Of a stretch of DNA of 32,000 bases, positions 11,103-19,434 are shown in pieces. Position 1 is the first letter of the stretch, and every line of letters starts with the position of its first letter. Source of the stretch: Clostridiales bacterium (GTDB lineage Bacteria; Bacillota; Clostridia; Christensenellales; Aristaeellaceae); contig SFIM01000011.1 of NCBI GenBank assembly GCA_004556155.1, positions 13,914 to 45,913 on the forward strand, in the 5' to 3' direction. The notes beneath the pieces are model-generated. The model was not told the DNA's origin and made no database searches. It was given only the letters and a program-made list of their open reading frames with translations. The position numbers were made by a program, and so were the translations under genes.

Positions 11103-12068
11103 ATGCCTTGGCCGACGACCTATCCGTTTTTTCATGTGGATCAGCCCGAGCAGGTGGATAACGCCGCGCTGCTGCGCCGTCTGCAGCGCCCGGAGGGCCC
11201 GGTGGATGTGGTGCTGGATACCGACACCTATAACGAAATCGACGATCAGTACGCCCTGGCCTATCTGATTAAGAATGATGAAAAGCTGAAGCTGAAGGCC
11301 ATTTACGCCGCGCCCTTCTGCAACAACAAGGCCGCGACGCCCGCCATTGGCATGCAGAAAAGCTATGACGAGATCAAGAATATTCTCTCCCTGATGGGCC
11401 GCGCGGATCTGCTGGATTGCACCTATCGCGGCTCGGAAAGCTATCTGCCCGATGAAAAAACGCCCGTGGAATCGGACGCGGCGCGGCATCTGGCTCAGCT
11501 TGCCATGCAGTATACGCCCGGAAAGCCGCTGTATGTCATCGCTATCGCGGCCATCACCAACGTGGCCTCCGCGCTGCTGATGAAGCCCGAAATCCGCGAC
11601 CGCATTGTGCTGGTGTGGCTGGGCGGCAACGCGCTGCATTGGCATGATAATCATGAGTTCAACCTGTTCCAGGATATTGCGGGCGCGCGTGTGGCGCTGG
11701 GCTGCGGCGCGGCGGTGGTGCTGGTGCCCTGCATGGGCGTGGTGGACGCCTTTGCGACCACCGCTCCCGAGCTGCGCGAGAACCTGCTGGGCAAGAACGC
11801 CCTGTGCGATTACTTGTGCAATTACACCATCAGCGAGTGCAGCGGGCACAAAAAGATCGCCTGCTGGTCCAAGCCCATCTGGGATGTTACCGCCATCGGC
11901 TGGCTGCTGGACGGCCGCTTCATGCAGGATGAAATCATCCAAAGCCCCATCCCGGAGTACGACCATCGCTGGGGTCAGGATAAGCGCCGCCACGTGATCC
12001 GCTATGTCTATCACATCAACCGCGACGCGCTGTTTGCCGATCTGTTTGCAAAGCTGACTGCGGACTAA
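11103..12068 (+). CDS. nucleoside hydrolase family protein (IUNH-like, non-canonical Asp cluster)
   Basis: N-terminal VVLDTDTYNEIDDQYALAYLI resembles the DxDxxxDD calcium/ribose-binding cluster, but with two extra residues. AAAGGAG RBS. Confidence 0.7.
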   Translation: MPWPTTYPFFHVDQPEQVDNAALLRRLQRPEGPVDVVLDTDTYNEIDDQYALAYLIKNDEKLKLKAIYAAPFCNNKAATPAIGMQKSYDEIKNILSLMGRADLLDCTYRGSESYLPDEKTPVESDAARHLAQLAMQYTPGKPLYVIAIAAITNVASALLMKPEIRDRIVLVWLGGNALHWHDNHEFNLFQDIAGARVALGCGAAVVLVPCMGVVDAFATTAPELRENLLGKNALCDYLCNYTISECSGHKKIACWSKPIWDVTAIGWLLDGRFMQDEIIQSPIPEYDHRWGQDKRRHVIRYVYHINRDALFADLFAKLTAD

Positions 12069-12112
12069 AGATGTCTTTGCTGCTGCTTTCCATGTAAAGG
12101 AGCGTAATTACA

Positions 12113-12922
12113 ATGAAAAAACGTTGCGTTGCGTTCACGATCCTGCTTTGCTGCTTTTTAGCGATGACGCTGTGCGCCCATGCGGATGCGCCCGTCAATC
12201 TGAGCGATATAAGCGCCGGGGCTTCCTATTACTTCAAGAATACCACCAAGCTGCGTGCAGAGGTGAAAAACAGTTACTTTATCCAGCAGGGCAGCGCCAC
12301 GGATGGAGAGTATGGGTATTTCCTTGTGCTGAGCAACACGAAGGGTGACTGCACGATTCTGAAGGTTGATCTAAGCGATTATACAATCGTCAGCGAAACG
12401 CCTGGCGTGGAGGTGGATCATGGCAACGGCATGGCCTATAACCCCAAAACCAAGCAGCTGATTGTTTCCCACTGTACCGATCATCCGAACCGCCTCAGCT
12501 TTATCGACAAGGATACGCTTGCGATTACCGGCTCGGTTGAAATGCCCATGCGCGTGATCTCTGTCGCCTATAACGAAAGCCGCGATCAGTACGTTGTGGT
12601 GCACAATCACGACAGGCAGTTTTCCATCCTGGACAGCCAGTTCAATATCCTGAGCACCTACGATATGGTGGAGGACATGTTCAGCAATCAGGATATCGAC
12701 TGCGACGATCAGTACATTTATCTGCTTCAGTGGCAAAGCAACAATGGCTCGAATGTCAATTACATCGGCGTGTACGACTGGGACGGCAACTATGTGAACC
12801 GCATCAAGGTGCGGTCCCTGAGCGAAATTGAGAGTATGTTCCATATCGGCGACCGCGTGATTCTCGCGTTCTATGCCGGTCAGGTGATCGTCGGCGAAGC
12901 GCAGCTGTACCAGGCTGAATAA
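12113..12922 (+). CDS. secreted hypothetical protein
   Basis: Signal peptide MKKRCVAFTILLCCFLAMTLCAHA. No family recognised. AAAGGAG RBS. Visibly lower GC than the upstream genes. Confidence 0.7.
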   Translation: MKKRCVAFTILLCCFLAMTLCAHADAPVNLSDISAGASYYFKNTTKLRAEVKNSYFIQQGSATDGEYGYFLVLSNTKGDCTILKVDLSDYTIVSETPGVEVDHGNGMAYNPKTKQLIVSHCTDHPNRLSFIDKDTLAITGSVEMPMRVISVAYNESRDQYVVVHNHDRQFSILDSQFNILSTYDMVEDMFSNQDIDCDDQYIYLLQWQSNNGSNVNYIGVYDWDGNYVNRIKVRSLSEIESMFHIGDRVILAFYAGQVIVGEAQLYQAE

Positions 12923-12941
12923 TAACGCCAATTCCAATGAA

Positions 12942-12961
12942 TTTAACGCGGCAGCGTTAAA
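12942..12961 (+). other. intercistronic stem-loop (no U-tract)
   Basis: TTTAACGC-GGCA-GCGTTAAA, 8-bp stem between the secreted-protein gene and the SBP gene. Confidence 0.4.
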
Positions 12962-12986
12962 AATAAGAAAGGTAGGTACTTACCCC

Positions 12987-14273
12987 ATGAAGAAACTGAT
13001 TTCCCTTCTGCTGGCCGTGATGATGCTTGCGTCCATGGCCTCCTTCGCCGCGGCGGAGGAAGAAAAGACTCTGGTGTTTATCAACCAGGCAGCGTGGAAT
13101 CAAACTATGACGGTGATGGTCGATCGTTACTATGAGCTGACCGGTGTAAAGGTCATCCTGGAAAACTATTCCTTCAATGACATGATCAATACCATCGAGG
13201 TCAAAATCGGTACCGGCTCCAAGGATTACGATGTGATTTCTGTGGACGTGCCCCTGGTTGCCTCCTATGCTCGCCGTGGCATGCTGGCTGACCTGTCTCC
13301 CTACTTCACCGAGGAGGACACTGCCAAGCTGGTGCCCGCCGCTGTGGAAGCCAGCACCTATGAAGGCAAGCTGTATGCCTCTCCGCTGTGCAACTCCACG
13401 CAGGAGCTGTTCTACAATGAAAAGCTGCTTGCGGAAGCTGGCGTGGATATGGACGAACTGAAATCCTACACCACTGACAACCGCATCACCTATGAACGCC
13501 TGGTTGAGATCGCTGAGCAGGCGCTCAAGGTTCTGGATCCCGATGGCTCCAAGGGCTTGATCGGCTTTGACTTCCAGCAGGTTGACCGCGTATATCAGAT
13601 GAACCAGCTTCCCAACTCCATGGGTGGCGCGCAGGTTTCTGCTGATGGTTTCTCTCTGGACGGCGTGCTGAACACTGATGCGTGGAAGAATGCCCTGACT
13701 TGGTATCAGGAGCAGGTGAAGAAGGGCATTTGCAGCCGCGGCATTACCGCTTCTGAAATTCCCAACTACTTCTATTCCGATAAGTGCCTGTTCATGCTGT
13801 GCGTAACCAACATGGTCGCCAACTGCAAGCGCAACAACATGGAATGGTTCGGCATTATGCCCTCTCCTGCCTTCAAGGGTTATGAGGACAAGGTTGCTAC
13901 CCCCACCGGTTCCTGGCACTATGGCGTAAATGCGAATTCCGAAAAGATCGAAGAAGCTGCCAAGTTTGTAAAATGGCTGACCTGCTCCGACGAAGGCCCC
14001 ACGCTGTTCTATGAAACGGACGGCATGATCCCCACCTATCTGCCGCTGCTGGATAAGCTGTCTGCGGATGAATCCACTGTGGATTGGATGAAGCTGGCTA
14101 TCACCGAATCCAAGACCACTGCGTATCCCCGCGCGCTGACCCCTGCTTTCAATGAATACTCCGCAGTTCTCAACGCCGTTTGGTCTGATACCCGCAACGG
14201 TGAGGATGTGGACGAGACCATTGAATGGGCAATTGAGGAATACGCTGCCCAGACTCAGAAGTATAAGCAGTAA
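12987..14273 (+). CDS. ABC transporter substrate-binding protein, carbohydrate (CUT1/family 1) type
   Basis: Signal peptide MKKLISLLLAVMMLASMASFAAA. Length and overall pattern fit extracellular solute-binding protein family 1. Followed by MalF/MalG-type permeases. Confidence 0.8.
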   Translation: MKKLISLLLAVMMLASMASFAAAEEEKTLVFINQAAWNQTMTVMVDRYYELTGVKVILENYSFNDMINTIEVKIGTGSKDYDVISVDVPLVASYARRGMLADLSPYFTEEDTAKLVPAAVEASTYEGKLYASPLCNSTQELFYNEKLLAEAGVDMDELKSYTTDNRITYERLVEIAEQALKVLDPDGSKGLIGFDFQQVDRVYQMNQLPNSMGGAQVSADGFSLDGVLNTDAWKNALTWYQEQVKKGICSRGITASEIPNYFYSDKCLFMLCVTNMVANCKRNNMEWFGIMPSPAFKGYEDKVATPTGSWHYGVNANSEKIEEAAKFVKWLTCSDEGPTLFYETDGMIPTYLPLLDKLSADESTVDWMKLAITESKTTAYPRALTPAFNEYSAVLNAVWSDTRNGEDVDETIEWAIEEYAAQTQKYKQ

Positions 14274-14287
14274 GTATGTTGCGTGGT

Positions 14288-14316
14288 CGGGACGGCGGCG
14301 GATCGCTGCCGTCCCG
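14288..14316 (+). other. intercistronic GC-rich stem-loop after the SBP gene (no U-tract)
   Basis: CGGGACGGC (14288-14296) pairs with GCCGTCCCG (14308-14316). Confidence 0.45.
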
Positions 14317-14386
14317 CGCCCTTCCCTCCGGCGTAGCTACTGCTGCGGCGCCATGGTGCGATTGAAAGAAAAGAGGAGAAACTCGG

Positions 14387-15253
14387 ATGAATTTTAAGGG
14401 CAAACTGGCGCCATATCTGCTGTTGCTGCCAGCTTTTGTGCTGATTTGCTGGTTTAAGCTGTATCCAATCCTGTCCACGCTCAAGCAGGCTTTTGTGGTT
14501 AACGGCGCGTTGTCGTTGGCTAATTATCAGCGCGTGTTCGCGGAGAAGACCTTCTGGAATTGCCTGAATGTGACGCTGAAATTTAACGTTGTAACCATTC
14601 CGTTGCAAATTATCATCTCATTCCTGATGGCGCTGCTGGTATCCTCCAAGGTACGGGGTACCGGCGTGTTCCGCACGATCTTCTACATTCCTTTTGCTGT
14701 ATCCATCACGGTGTGCGTGATGGTGTGGAACCTGATGTTTCAGTTCAACGGTGGCGTAGTCAACAGCTTCCTTTCGCTGTTTGGCGTTCCGCCGCAGGGC
14801 TTTTTCAATGATAGAAAACAGGCGCTTTGGTGCATTGTGGTGCTGGCCAGCTGGAAAGGCTGCGGTTACTGGATGATGTTCCTGATGGCTGGTATTAAGA
14901 ATATTGACAGCTCGGTGTATGAGGCCGCGCGCATCGATGGCGCGCGTTACCCGCGTATTGTATGGAGCATTATGCTGCCGCTGATGCGCCGTACCATCCT
15001 GTTTGTGTGTGTGGCCAATACTTCCTCCAATATGCTGCTGTTTGCGCCAATGCAGTTGGTTACGGAGGGCGGCCCGCGCAACTCTACCAACGTTTTGATG
15101 TATGAGGCCTATCGTTCGGCTTTCCGTTACGCCGATATGCCGCGCTGCGCGGTGATCGTATCGGTTCTGCTGGTGATTATTCTGGCGATTGCATTGGTGC
15201 AGTTTTTTGCCCTGGGTGATCGTGATACCAAGAGAGGGGTGGCTCGCGTATGA
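14387..15253 (+). CDS. carbohydrate ABC transporter permease (MalF-like)
   Basis: EAA loop VYEAARIDGARYPRIVWSIMLPLMR. Multi-span. AGAGGAG RBS. Confidence 0.85.
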   Translation: MNFKGKLAPYLLLLPAFVLICWFKLYPILSTLKQAFVVNGALSLANYQRVFAEKTFWNCLNVTLKFNVVTIPLQIIISFLMALLVSSKVRGTGVFRTIFYIPFAVSITVCVMVWNLMFQFNGGVVNSFLSLFGVPPQGFFNDRKQALWCIVVLASWKGCGYWMMFLMAGIKNIDSSVYEAARIDGARYPRIVWSIMLPLMRRTILFVCVANTSSNMLLFAPMQLVTEGGPRNSTNVLMYEAYRSAFRYADMPRCAVIVSVLLVIILAIALVQFFALGDRDTKRGVARV

Positions 15254-16140
15254 CGACCATGCGAAACGCGCAGATGAATCGCAAGCTGCATGCCCGCGCA
15301 AAGGCGCGCCGTGCGATGAACCATGGCCTGATCTATCTGGCGCTGATCTTTGTGGCTGCGCTGACGCTGTTTCCGCTGCTGTGGGCATTCTTTGCTTCCA
15401 TGCGCTCGGACGTGGAGCTGTATCAGTATGCGTTGCCTTTTAGCTGGCATACGATTTTCCCCGTAGAATATACCTTTGATGCGTATCGGGTCGTGTTGAC
15501 CGAGCTGGGCTTCCCCAAGGCGATGCTCAACACGCTGCTGATTATTGCCATTCAAATTCCCACAGGCTGCCTGGTCAATTCTATCGCGGGATTCTCTTTT
15601 GCCACATTTCGTTTTAAGGGACAAAAACTGCTGTTCGGCTTCTTCCTGGTATCGTTTATGATCCCATTTGAGGCCATTACCATGCCGCTCTACCAGATGG
15701 TAAACAACCTGGGCTGGGTGGATACGCGCTGGGCGCTGATTGTTCCTGGTATTGCCAGCGGCATGCAGCTGTTCTTGTTCAGACAGTTCTTTGCTGATAT
15801 TCCCGCAGCCGTCTTGGAATCCGCCCGTGTGGACGGAGCCAACTGGCCGCAGATTTTCTTCTATATCATGGTGCCTATGTGCGTGCCTATCTTTATCACG
15901 GCGGGCCTGATGATCTTTATGAGTGAGTGGAATAGCTACATGTGGCCGCTGCTGGTGGCGCGCAGCGTAAAAATCCGTACTGTGCAGATCATGATGGCTA
16001 CTGTTAAAATGGAGCACATCACCCTCTGGAGCTGCATGTACGCAGGCGCGGTGCTGTCTATCCTGATTCCCGTTGCGTTGTTCCTGCCTTTGCAAAAGTA
16101 TTTTGTGGAGGGCATCACCGCCGGCGCGGTCAAGGGCTGA
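15250..16140 (+). CDS. carbohydrate ABC transporter permease (MalG-like)
   Basis: EAA loop VLESARVDGANWPQIFFYIMVPM. ATGA overlap with the upstream permease gene. Confidence 0.85.
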   Translation: MTTMRNAQMNRKLHARAKARRAMNHGLIYLALIFVAALTLFPLLWAFFASMRSDVELYQYALPFSWHTIFPVEYTFDAYRVVLTELGFPKAMLNTLLIIAIQIPTGCLVNSIAGFSFATFRFKGQKLLFGFFLVSFMIPFEAITMPLYQMVNNLGWVDTRWALIVPGIASGMQLFLFRQFFADIPAAVLESARVDGANWPQIFFYIMVPMCVPIFITAGLMIFMSEWNSYMWPLLVARSVKIRTVQIMMATVKMEHITLWSCMYAGAVLSILIPVALFLPLQKYFVEGITAGAVKG

Positions 16141-16162
16141 GCGGCAATGCATTTTCCAGCGT

Positions 16163-16191
16163 TTGTCAATTACAAAAGATTATGGTATACT
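16163..16191 (+). promoter_or_regulatory. possible internal promoter ahead of rbsK
   Basis: TTGTCA 16163-16168, 17-nt spacer, TGgTATACT ending at 16191. An AATGCATT palindrome lies at 16146-16153, just upstream. Confidence 0.4.
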
Positions 16192-16226
16192 GATTTTCGT
16201 ATTCATTTTTCCTGAAAGAGGCCGGC

Positions 16227-17120
16227 ATGAAGCTACTGAATTTTGGCTCGCTAAATATTGACTACGTATACGATATGCCGCATTTTGTGCAGGGCGGCGA
16301 AACGGCCACGGCCACGGCGCGGCATGTATATGCCGGGGGCAAGGGGTTGAACCAGTCTATCGCTGCCGCCCGCGCAGGCGCGCAGGTGCTGCACGCGGGG
16401 GCGATTGGCCCGGACGGGGCCTTCCTGACGCGGCTTTTGCAGGATGCCGGCGCGGATACTTCGGCGCTGCTGCAGGTGCAGGAGGCCTCCGGGCATGCGA
16501 TGATCCAGGTAACGCCCGAGGGGCAAAACGCTATCATCGTGTACGGCGGCGCAAACCATTGCCTGACGGAAGCCTATGTGCAGTCCGTGCTGCGGCAGGC
16601 GGAGCCGGGCGATCTGGTGCTGCTGCAGAATGAAACCAGCCAGACAGCGCAGATCATCGCCCAGGCGGCCGACCTTGGCCTGCGGGTGGTGTTTAATCCC
16701 TCGCCCTTTCCGGCGCATCCGGAGCAGCTGCCGCTGGAGCGGGTGGATACCTTCATTCTCAATGAAATTGAGGGCGCGCTGCTGGCTGGAATGCCAGAAG
16801 AGCAGGATGGCGACGTGATCTTTGACGCGCTGCGCAGCCGGTATCCGCACGCACAGATCATCCTGACGCTGGGCAGCCGGGGCGTAACGGCCTGGCTGGG
16901 CGGCCAGCGCTATGATCAGCCCTGCTTTACCGTGCGCGCGGTGGATACCACGGGCGCGGGGGATACCTTCTGCGGCTACTATCTGGCGGGCTGCTGCCAG
17001 GGGCAGGCGCCTGCACAGTGCCTGCGCGCCGCCTCCGCCGCTGCGGCCATCGCCATCACCCGTCCCGGCGCCGCTCCGGCTATTCCTGCGCGGGACGAAG
17101 TGGAAAGCCTGCTGAAATAA
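16227..17120 (+). CDS. rbsK: ribokinase (PfkB family)
   Basis: GGKGLNQSIAAARAGA, NEIE (NxxE), canonical DTTGAGDTF anion-hole/catalytic Asp motif. Confidence 0.85.
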   Translation: MKLLNFGSLNIDYVYDMPHFVQGGETATATARHVYAGGKGLNQSIAAARAGAQVLHAGAIGPDGAFLTRLLQDAGADTSALLQVQEASGHAMIQVTPEGQNAIIVYGGANHCLTEAYVQSVLRQAEPGDLVLLQNETSQTAQIIAQAADLGLRVVFNPSPFPAHPEQLPLERVDTFILNEIEGALLAGMPEEQDGDVIFDALRSRYPHAQIILTLGSRGVTAWLGGQRYDQPCFTVRAVDTTGAGDTFCGYYLAGCCQGQAPAQCLRAASAAAAIAITRPGAAPAIPARDEVESLLK

Positions 17121-17132
17121 CGACATCACAAA

Positions 17133-17166
17133 AAACCGTCTCCATCCGATTGGGTGGAGACGGTTT
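17133..17166. terminator. bidirectional rho-independent terminator
   Basis: 12-bp stem AAACCGTCTCCA / TGGAGACGGTTT. The A-run on the left gives a U-run for the minus-strand anti-sigma gene; TTT follows on the right for rbsK. Confidence 0.7.
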
Positions 17167-17180
17167 GCTGTGTACAGAGA

Positions 17181-18179
17181 TCAGAGCTCCGGGGCAGGCG
17201 TGGAGGTAGCATAGGGCTGCAGCGTGGGAGAGAAAGAAATGGATTGCTGCGCCGAATCGTCTTCGGTCTGCGTATAAAGCGTGGGGGTCCAGATGACCGT
17301 CATGGTTTCCGTTTCAATCCAATCATTGCCTTTCTCATCTGAGCAATTAGTAGGCGTGCCATACGTAATGGTAAAGGCCAGGGTGTATTTGTTGGCAGGG
17401 CGGATGCCGTAAGGGATGTCGCTGTGGGTGGTGGCGTCGGTGGAGAAGGTATAAACCATGCGGGGCGGTTCATATTCGTTATCCTGGGATAGCAGGATGC
17501 GCTCGCACGGGGCGCGATAGACGTCCGACCACCAGGGCTCGCCATCTTCAGTGGTGCTGATTTTCCAATCGATGCCCCAGCAGGCTGCTTCCATGCTAAG
17601 TTGGTTGTGATTATATGTCTTCGCAGCATCATAAGCGTCAACGAAGGTTGGGTCGTAGATGTATTCCTCGTAATGTCCATCCGTATCGAAATAAAGCCGG
17701 TTACGCGGAATGGTGATTTCAAACGAACCCTGGATAACGCCATCGTTATAGAAGGCGTTGAGCAGCTCGATGTGCAGCCCGTTTTCCTCCAGAATGCTGT
17801 CGTCCGTTGCAATCAGCACATTGGCAGGTACGGGCTGCGGGGAAGGCTGGGTGGGAATGGTGGAAGTGTAGAGCGCGTTCTCGGTTGCGGACGGCGTGAT
17901 TTCATTCTGGGGCGTGGACGACGTGTCCTCACCGCTGTCTACAGGCTGAAATTGCGTGATGGGCGTGGGGACAACGGTTGGGTTGATGACCTCGTTGGCA
18001 GCGAAGGCAACGGCGGTCAGCACCAGCACGGTGACGACAGCCATTACGGCGGTGCGCAGGGTAAACTTTTTCATAGGCTCCTCCTTCGTCTGGTGCAGCG
18101 CCTGCTGCACGCTGCGCGAAAAGCCATCCGGCACCGGCCCATAGGCGGCGCGGAAATCGATATCCTGCAGCTGCTTCAT
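17181..18179 (-). CDS. putative anti-sigma factor, single-pass membrane protein with unknown extracytoplasmic domain
   Basis: Overlaps the ECF sigma stop by 4 nt (ATGA). Short cytoplasmic N-terminus, one TM segment (LRTAVMAVVTVLVLTAVAFAA), a Thr/Pro-rich linker, then a ~230-aa C-terminal domain. Confidence 0.6.
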   Translation of the reverse strand: MKQLQDIDFRAAYGPVPDGFSRSVQQALHQTKEEPMKKFTLRTAVMAVVTVLVLTAVAFAANEVINPTVVPTPITQFQPVDSGEDTSSTPQNEITPSATENALYTSTIPTQPSPQPVPANVLIATDDSILEENGLHIELLNAFYNDGVIQGSFEITIPRNRLYFDTDGHYEEYIYDPTFVDAYDAAKTYNHNQLSMEAACWGIDWKISTTEDGEPWWSDVYRAPCERILLSQDNEYEPPRMVYTFSTDATTHSDIPYGIRPANKYTLAFTITYGTPTNCSDEKGNDWIETETMTVIWTPTLYTQTEDDSAQQSISFSPTLQPYATSTPAPEL

Positions 18180-18652
18180 AGCCCTTGCACCTCCTTAAAG
18201 TAATCGTCGCGGCGCATCTGCTCGCGGCCGCGCGCCAGCCGCGATTTGATTGTGCCCTGGGGAAGCCGCAGAATCTGCGCGACCTCCCGCACATCATAGC
18301 CCTCCACATAGTAGAGCACCATGGTCATGCGCAGCTTTTCCGGCAGACGCACGAAGAAACGGTACAGATCGGGGTCTCCCGTTTCCGGCGCGGGCATATC
18401 CGGCAGCGTATCGGTGGGGATTTCGCGCTTTCGCCGCCTGAGCAGCGCATAACACTCATTGAGCATGATGCGGATCAGCCAGGGCTGAAAGCGCTCATCC
18501 TCCCGAAGGGTGGGCAAGCGCCGCCATGCGTTCAGGATGGCCGACTGCACGGCGTCCTCCCGATCGCATAGCTGGGGCAGCACGGTGGCCGCAATGCGGT
18601 ACAGCGTGCCCTGCAATTGTTCCACCTGCCGGGCAAACTCTGCTTGTGTCAT
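18176..18652 (-). CDS. ECF-type RNA polymerase sigma-70 family factor
   Basis: Region 2 (DAVQSAILNAWRRLPTLREDERFQPWLIRIMLNECYALLRRRKRE) and region 4 (LPEKLRMTMVLYYVEGYDVREVAQILRLPQGTIKSRLARGR). GGAGGAA RBS. Confidence 0.85.
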   Translation of the reverse strand: MTQAEFARQVEQLQGTLYRIAATVLPQLCDREDAVQSAILNAWRRLPTLREDERFQPWLIRIMLNECYALLRRRKREIPTDTLPDMPAPETGDPDLYRFFVRLPEKLRMTMVLYYVEGYDVREVAQILRLPQGTIKSRLARGREQMRRDDYFKEVQGL

Positions 18653-18810
18653 GGTTCCTCCCTGTGGAGCATGTAAATCGATCTACACCTGTATGATGAT
18701 TGCGAGGTGTGCGAGGTTCCATAGAATTGAAAAAAGTAAATAAATTTAAGAGGGTGGAGGGAGCGAGAGCATGGTGCGGAAATGTACACAATGTCTTATG
18801 CTGCGTTCCC

Positions 18811-18865
18811 CCTCATCCGTCTCGCTGTACGCTCGACACCTTCTCCCGCTTGGGAGAAGGCTTTT
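18811..18865 (+). repeat. hairpin repeat element, copy 1
   Basis: CCTCATCCG, 18 nt, ACCTTCTCC(C)-GCTT-(G)GGAGAAGG-CTTTT. 9-bp stem at 18839-18847 / 18852-18860. Confidence 0.7.
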
Positions 18866-18920
18866 ATAGTCGTGCTTTTTTTAGCTGCAAAAATACACTG
18901 CTGCATTGACGAAGTCTACG

Positions 18921-18972
18921 AAAGGCCTTCTCCTTGAGGAGAAGGTGGGCGGCCTTAGCCGCTCGGATGAGG
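18921..18972 (-). repeat. hairpin repeat element, copy 2 (inverted relative to copy 1)
   Basis: The reverse complement reads CCTCATCCG, 17 nt, ACCTTCTCC-TCAA-GGAGAAGG-CCTTT. Stem at 18926-18933 / 18938-18945. Confidence 0.7.
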
Positions 18973-19138
18973 CGCGTAATCCGCCTCTGTGGCAGATCAA
19001 GGCGGATGCAGCGCCAATGAGGCAACGAGTTTTGCTAGCGTTAGCGTCGCAAAACGACTATGCCGAATTGTGAGGGCCGTAGCCGCCGCAGCGGCGTTAT
19101 CTTATATAGCGATGATAACGACCACTTTGTGGTCTACA

Positions 19139-19185
19139 CCTCACCACCGCCTGCGGCGGAGCTTCTCCTCAAGGAGAAGCCTTTT
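19139..19185 (+). repeat. hairpin repeat element, copy 3 (diverged left module)
   Basis: CCTCACCAC, 14 nt with its own CCGCC-TGC-GGCGG hairpin, then GCTTCTCC-TCAA-GGAGAAGC-CTTTT. Stem at 19161-19168 / 19173-19180. Confidence 0.6.
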
Positions 19186-19434
19186 GGTGAGTGCACTCTC
19201 CAACTGTTGCCAAGCATTGCGCTTGATTTTCGCACCCAATCACGCCCCCGTGGCACGCCGATGAAATCGGCGCAGGACGTGCGGAGCACGGCCGAAGGGG
19301 AAATATTCAAGTGAACGGATGGCGCTTGCGCTGATCCGGACATGTGAATTTTCCCTGCCACGGGGGGCGGGGCAGGTGGCCAGGGCCACTTCCAGTTTAA
19401 TGCAAGTAGCTTTTACGCCACACGCAGGCTCTTT

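Noticed and set aside
9163-17129. Chain of long minus-strand ORFs (9163-9966, 10006-11082, 11052-12014, 12957-13919, 14618-15388, 15127-16152, 16251-17129)
   Set aside because: All are antisense to plus-strand genes with recognisable motifs (LacI HTH, PfkB, EAA loops, signal peptides). They are typical GC3-driven open antisense frames.
18839-18860. The repeat hairpin stem CTTCTCC/GGAGAAG equals the tRNA-Ser acceptor stem, and copy 1 shares CGTCTCG with the tRNA variable arm, suggesting the repeats are tRNA/att-derived
   Set aside because: Only two 7-mers match, and the T-arm and spacing are not preserved. This is too little to distinguish from chance without a genome-wide alignment.
18771-18869. 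32-codon ORF (MVRKCTQCLMLRSPSSVSLYARHLLPLGRRLL) preceded by GGAGGG
   Set aside because: The purine-rich 'RBS' is part of a GGTGGAGGGAG tract, and the ORF's 3' half is simply repeat copy 1 read through. No support beyond a CxxC pair.
18811-19185. Possible CRISPR-like array
   Set aside because: There are only three copies, with irregular spacing (about 55 and 165 bp), one of them inverted, and the repeats have variable internal modules. No cas genes are present.
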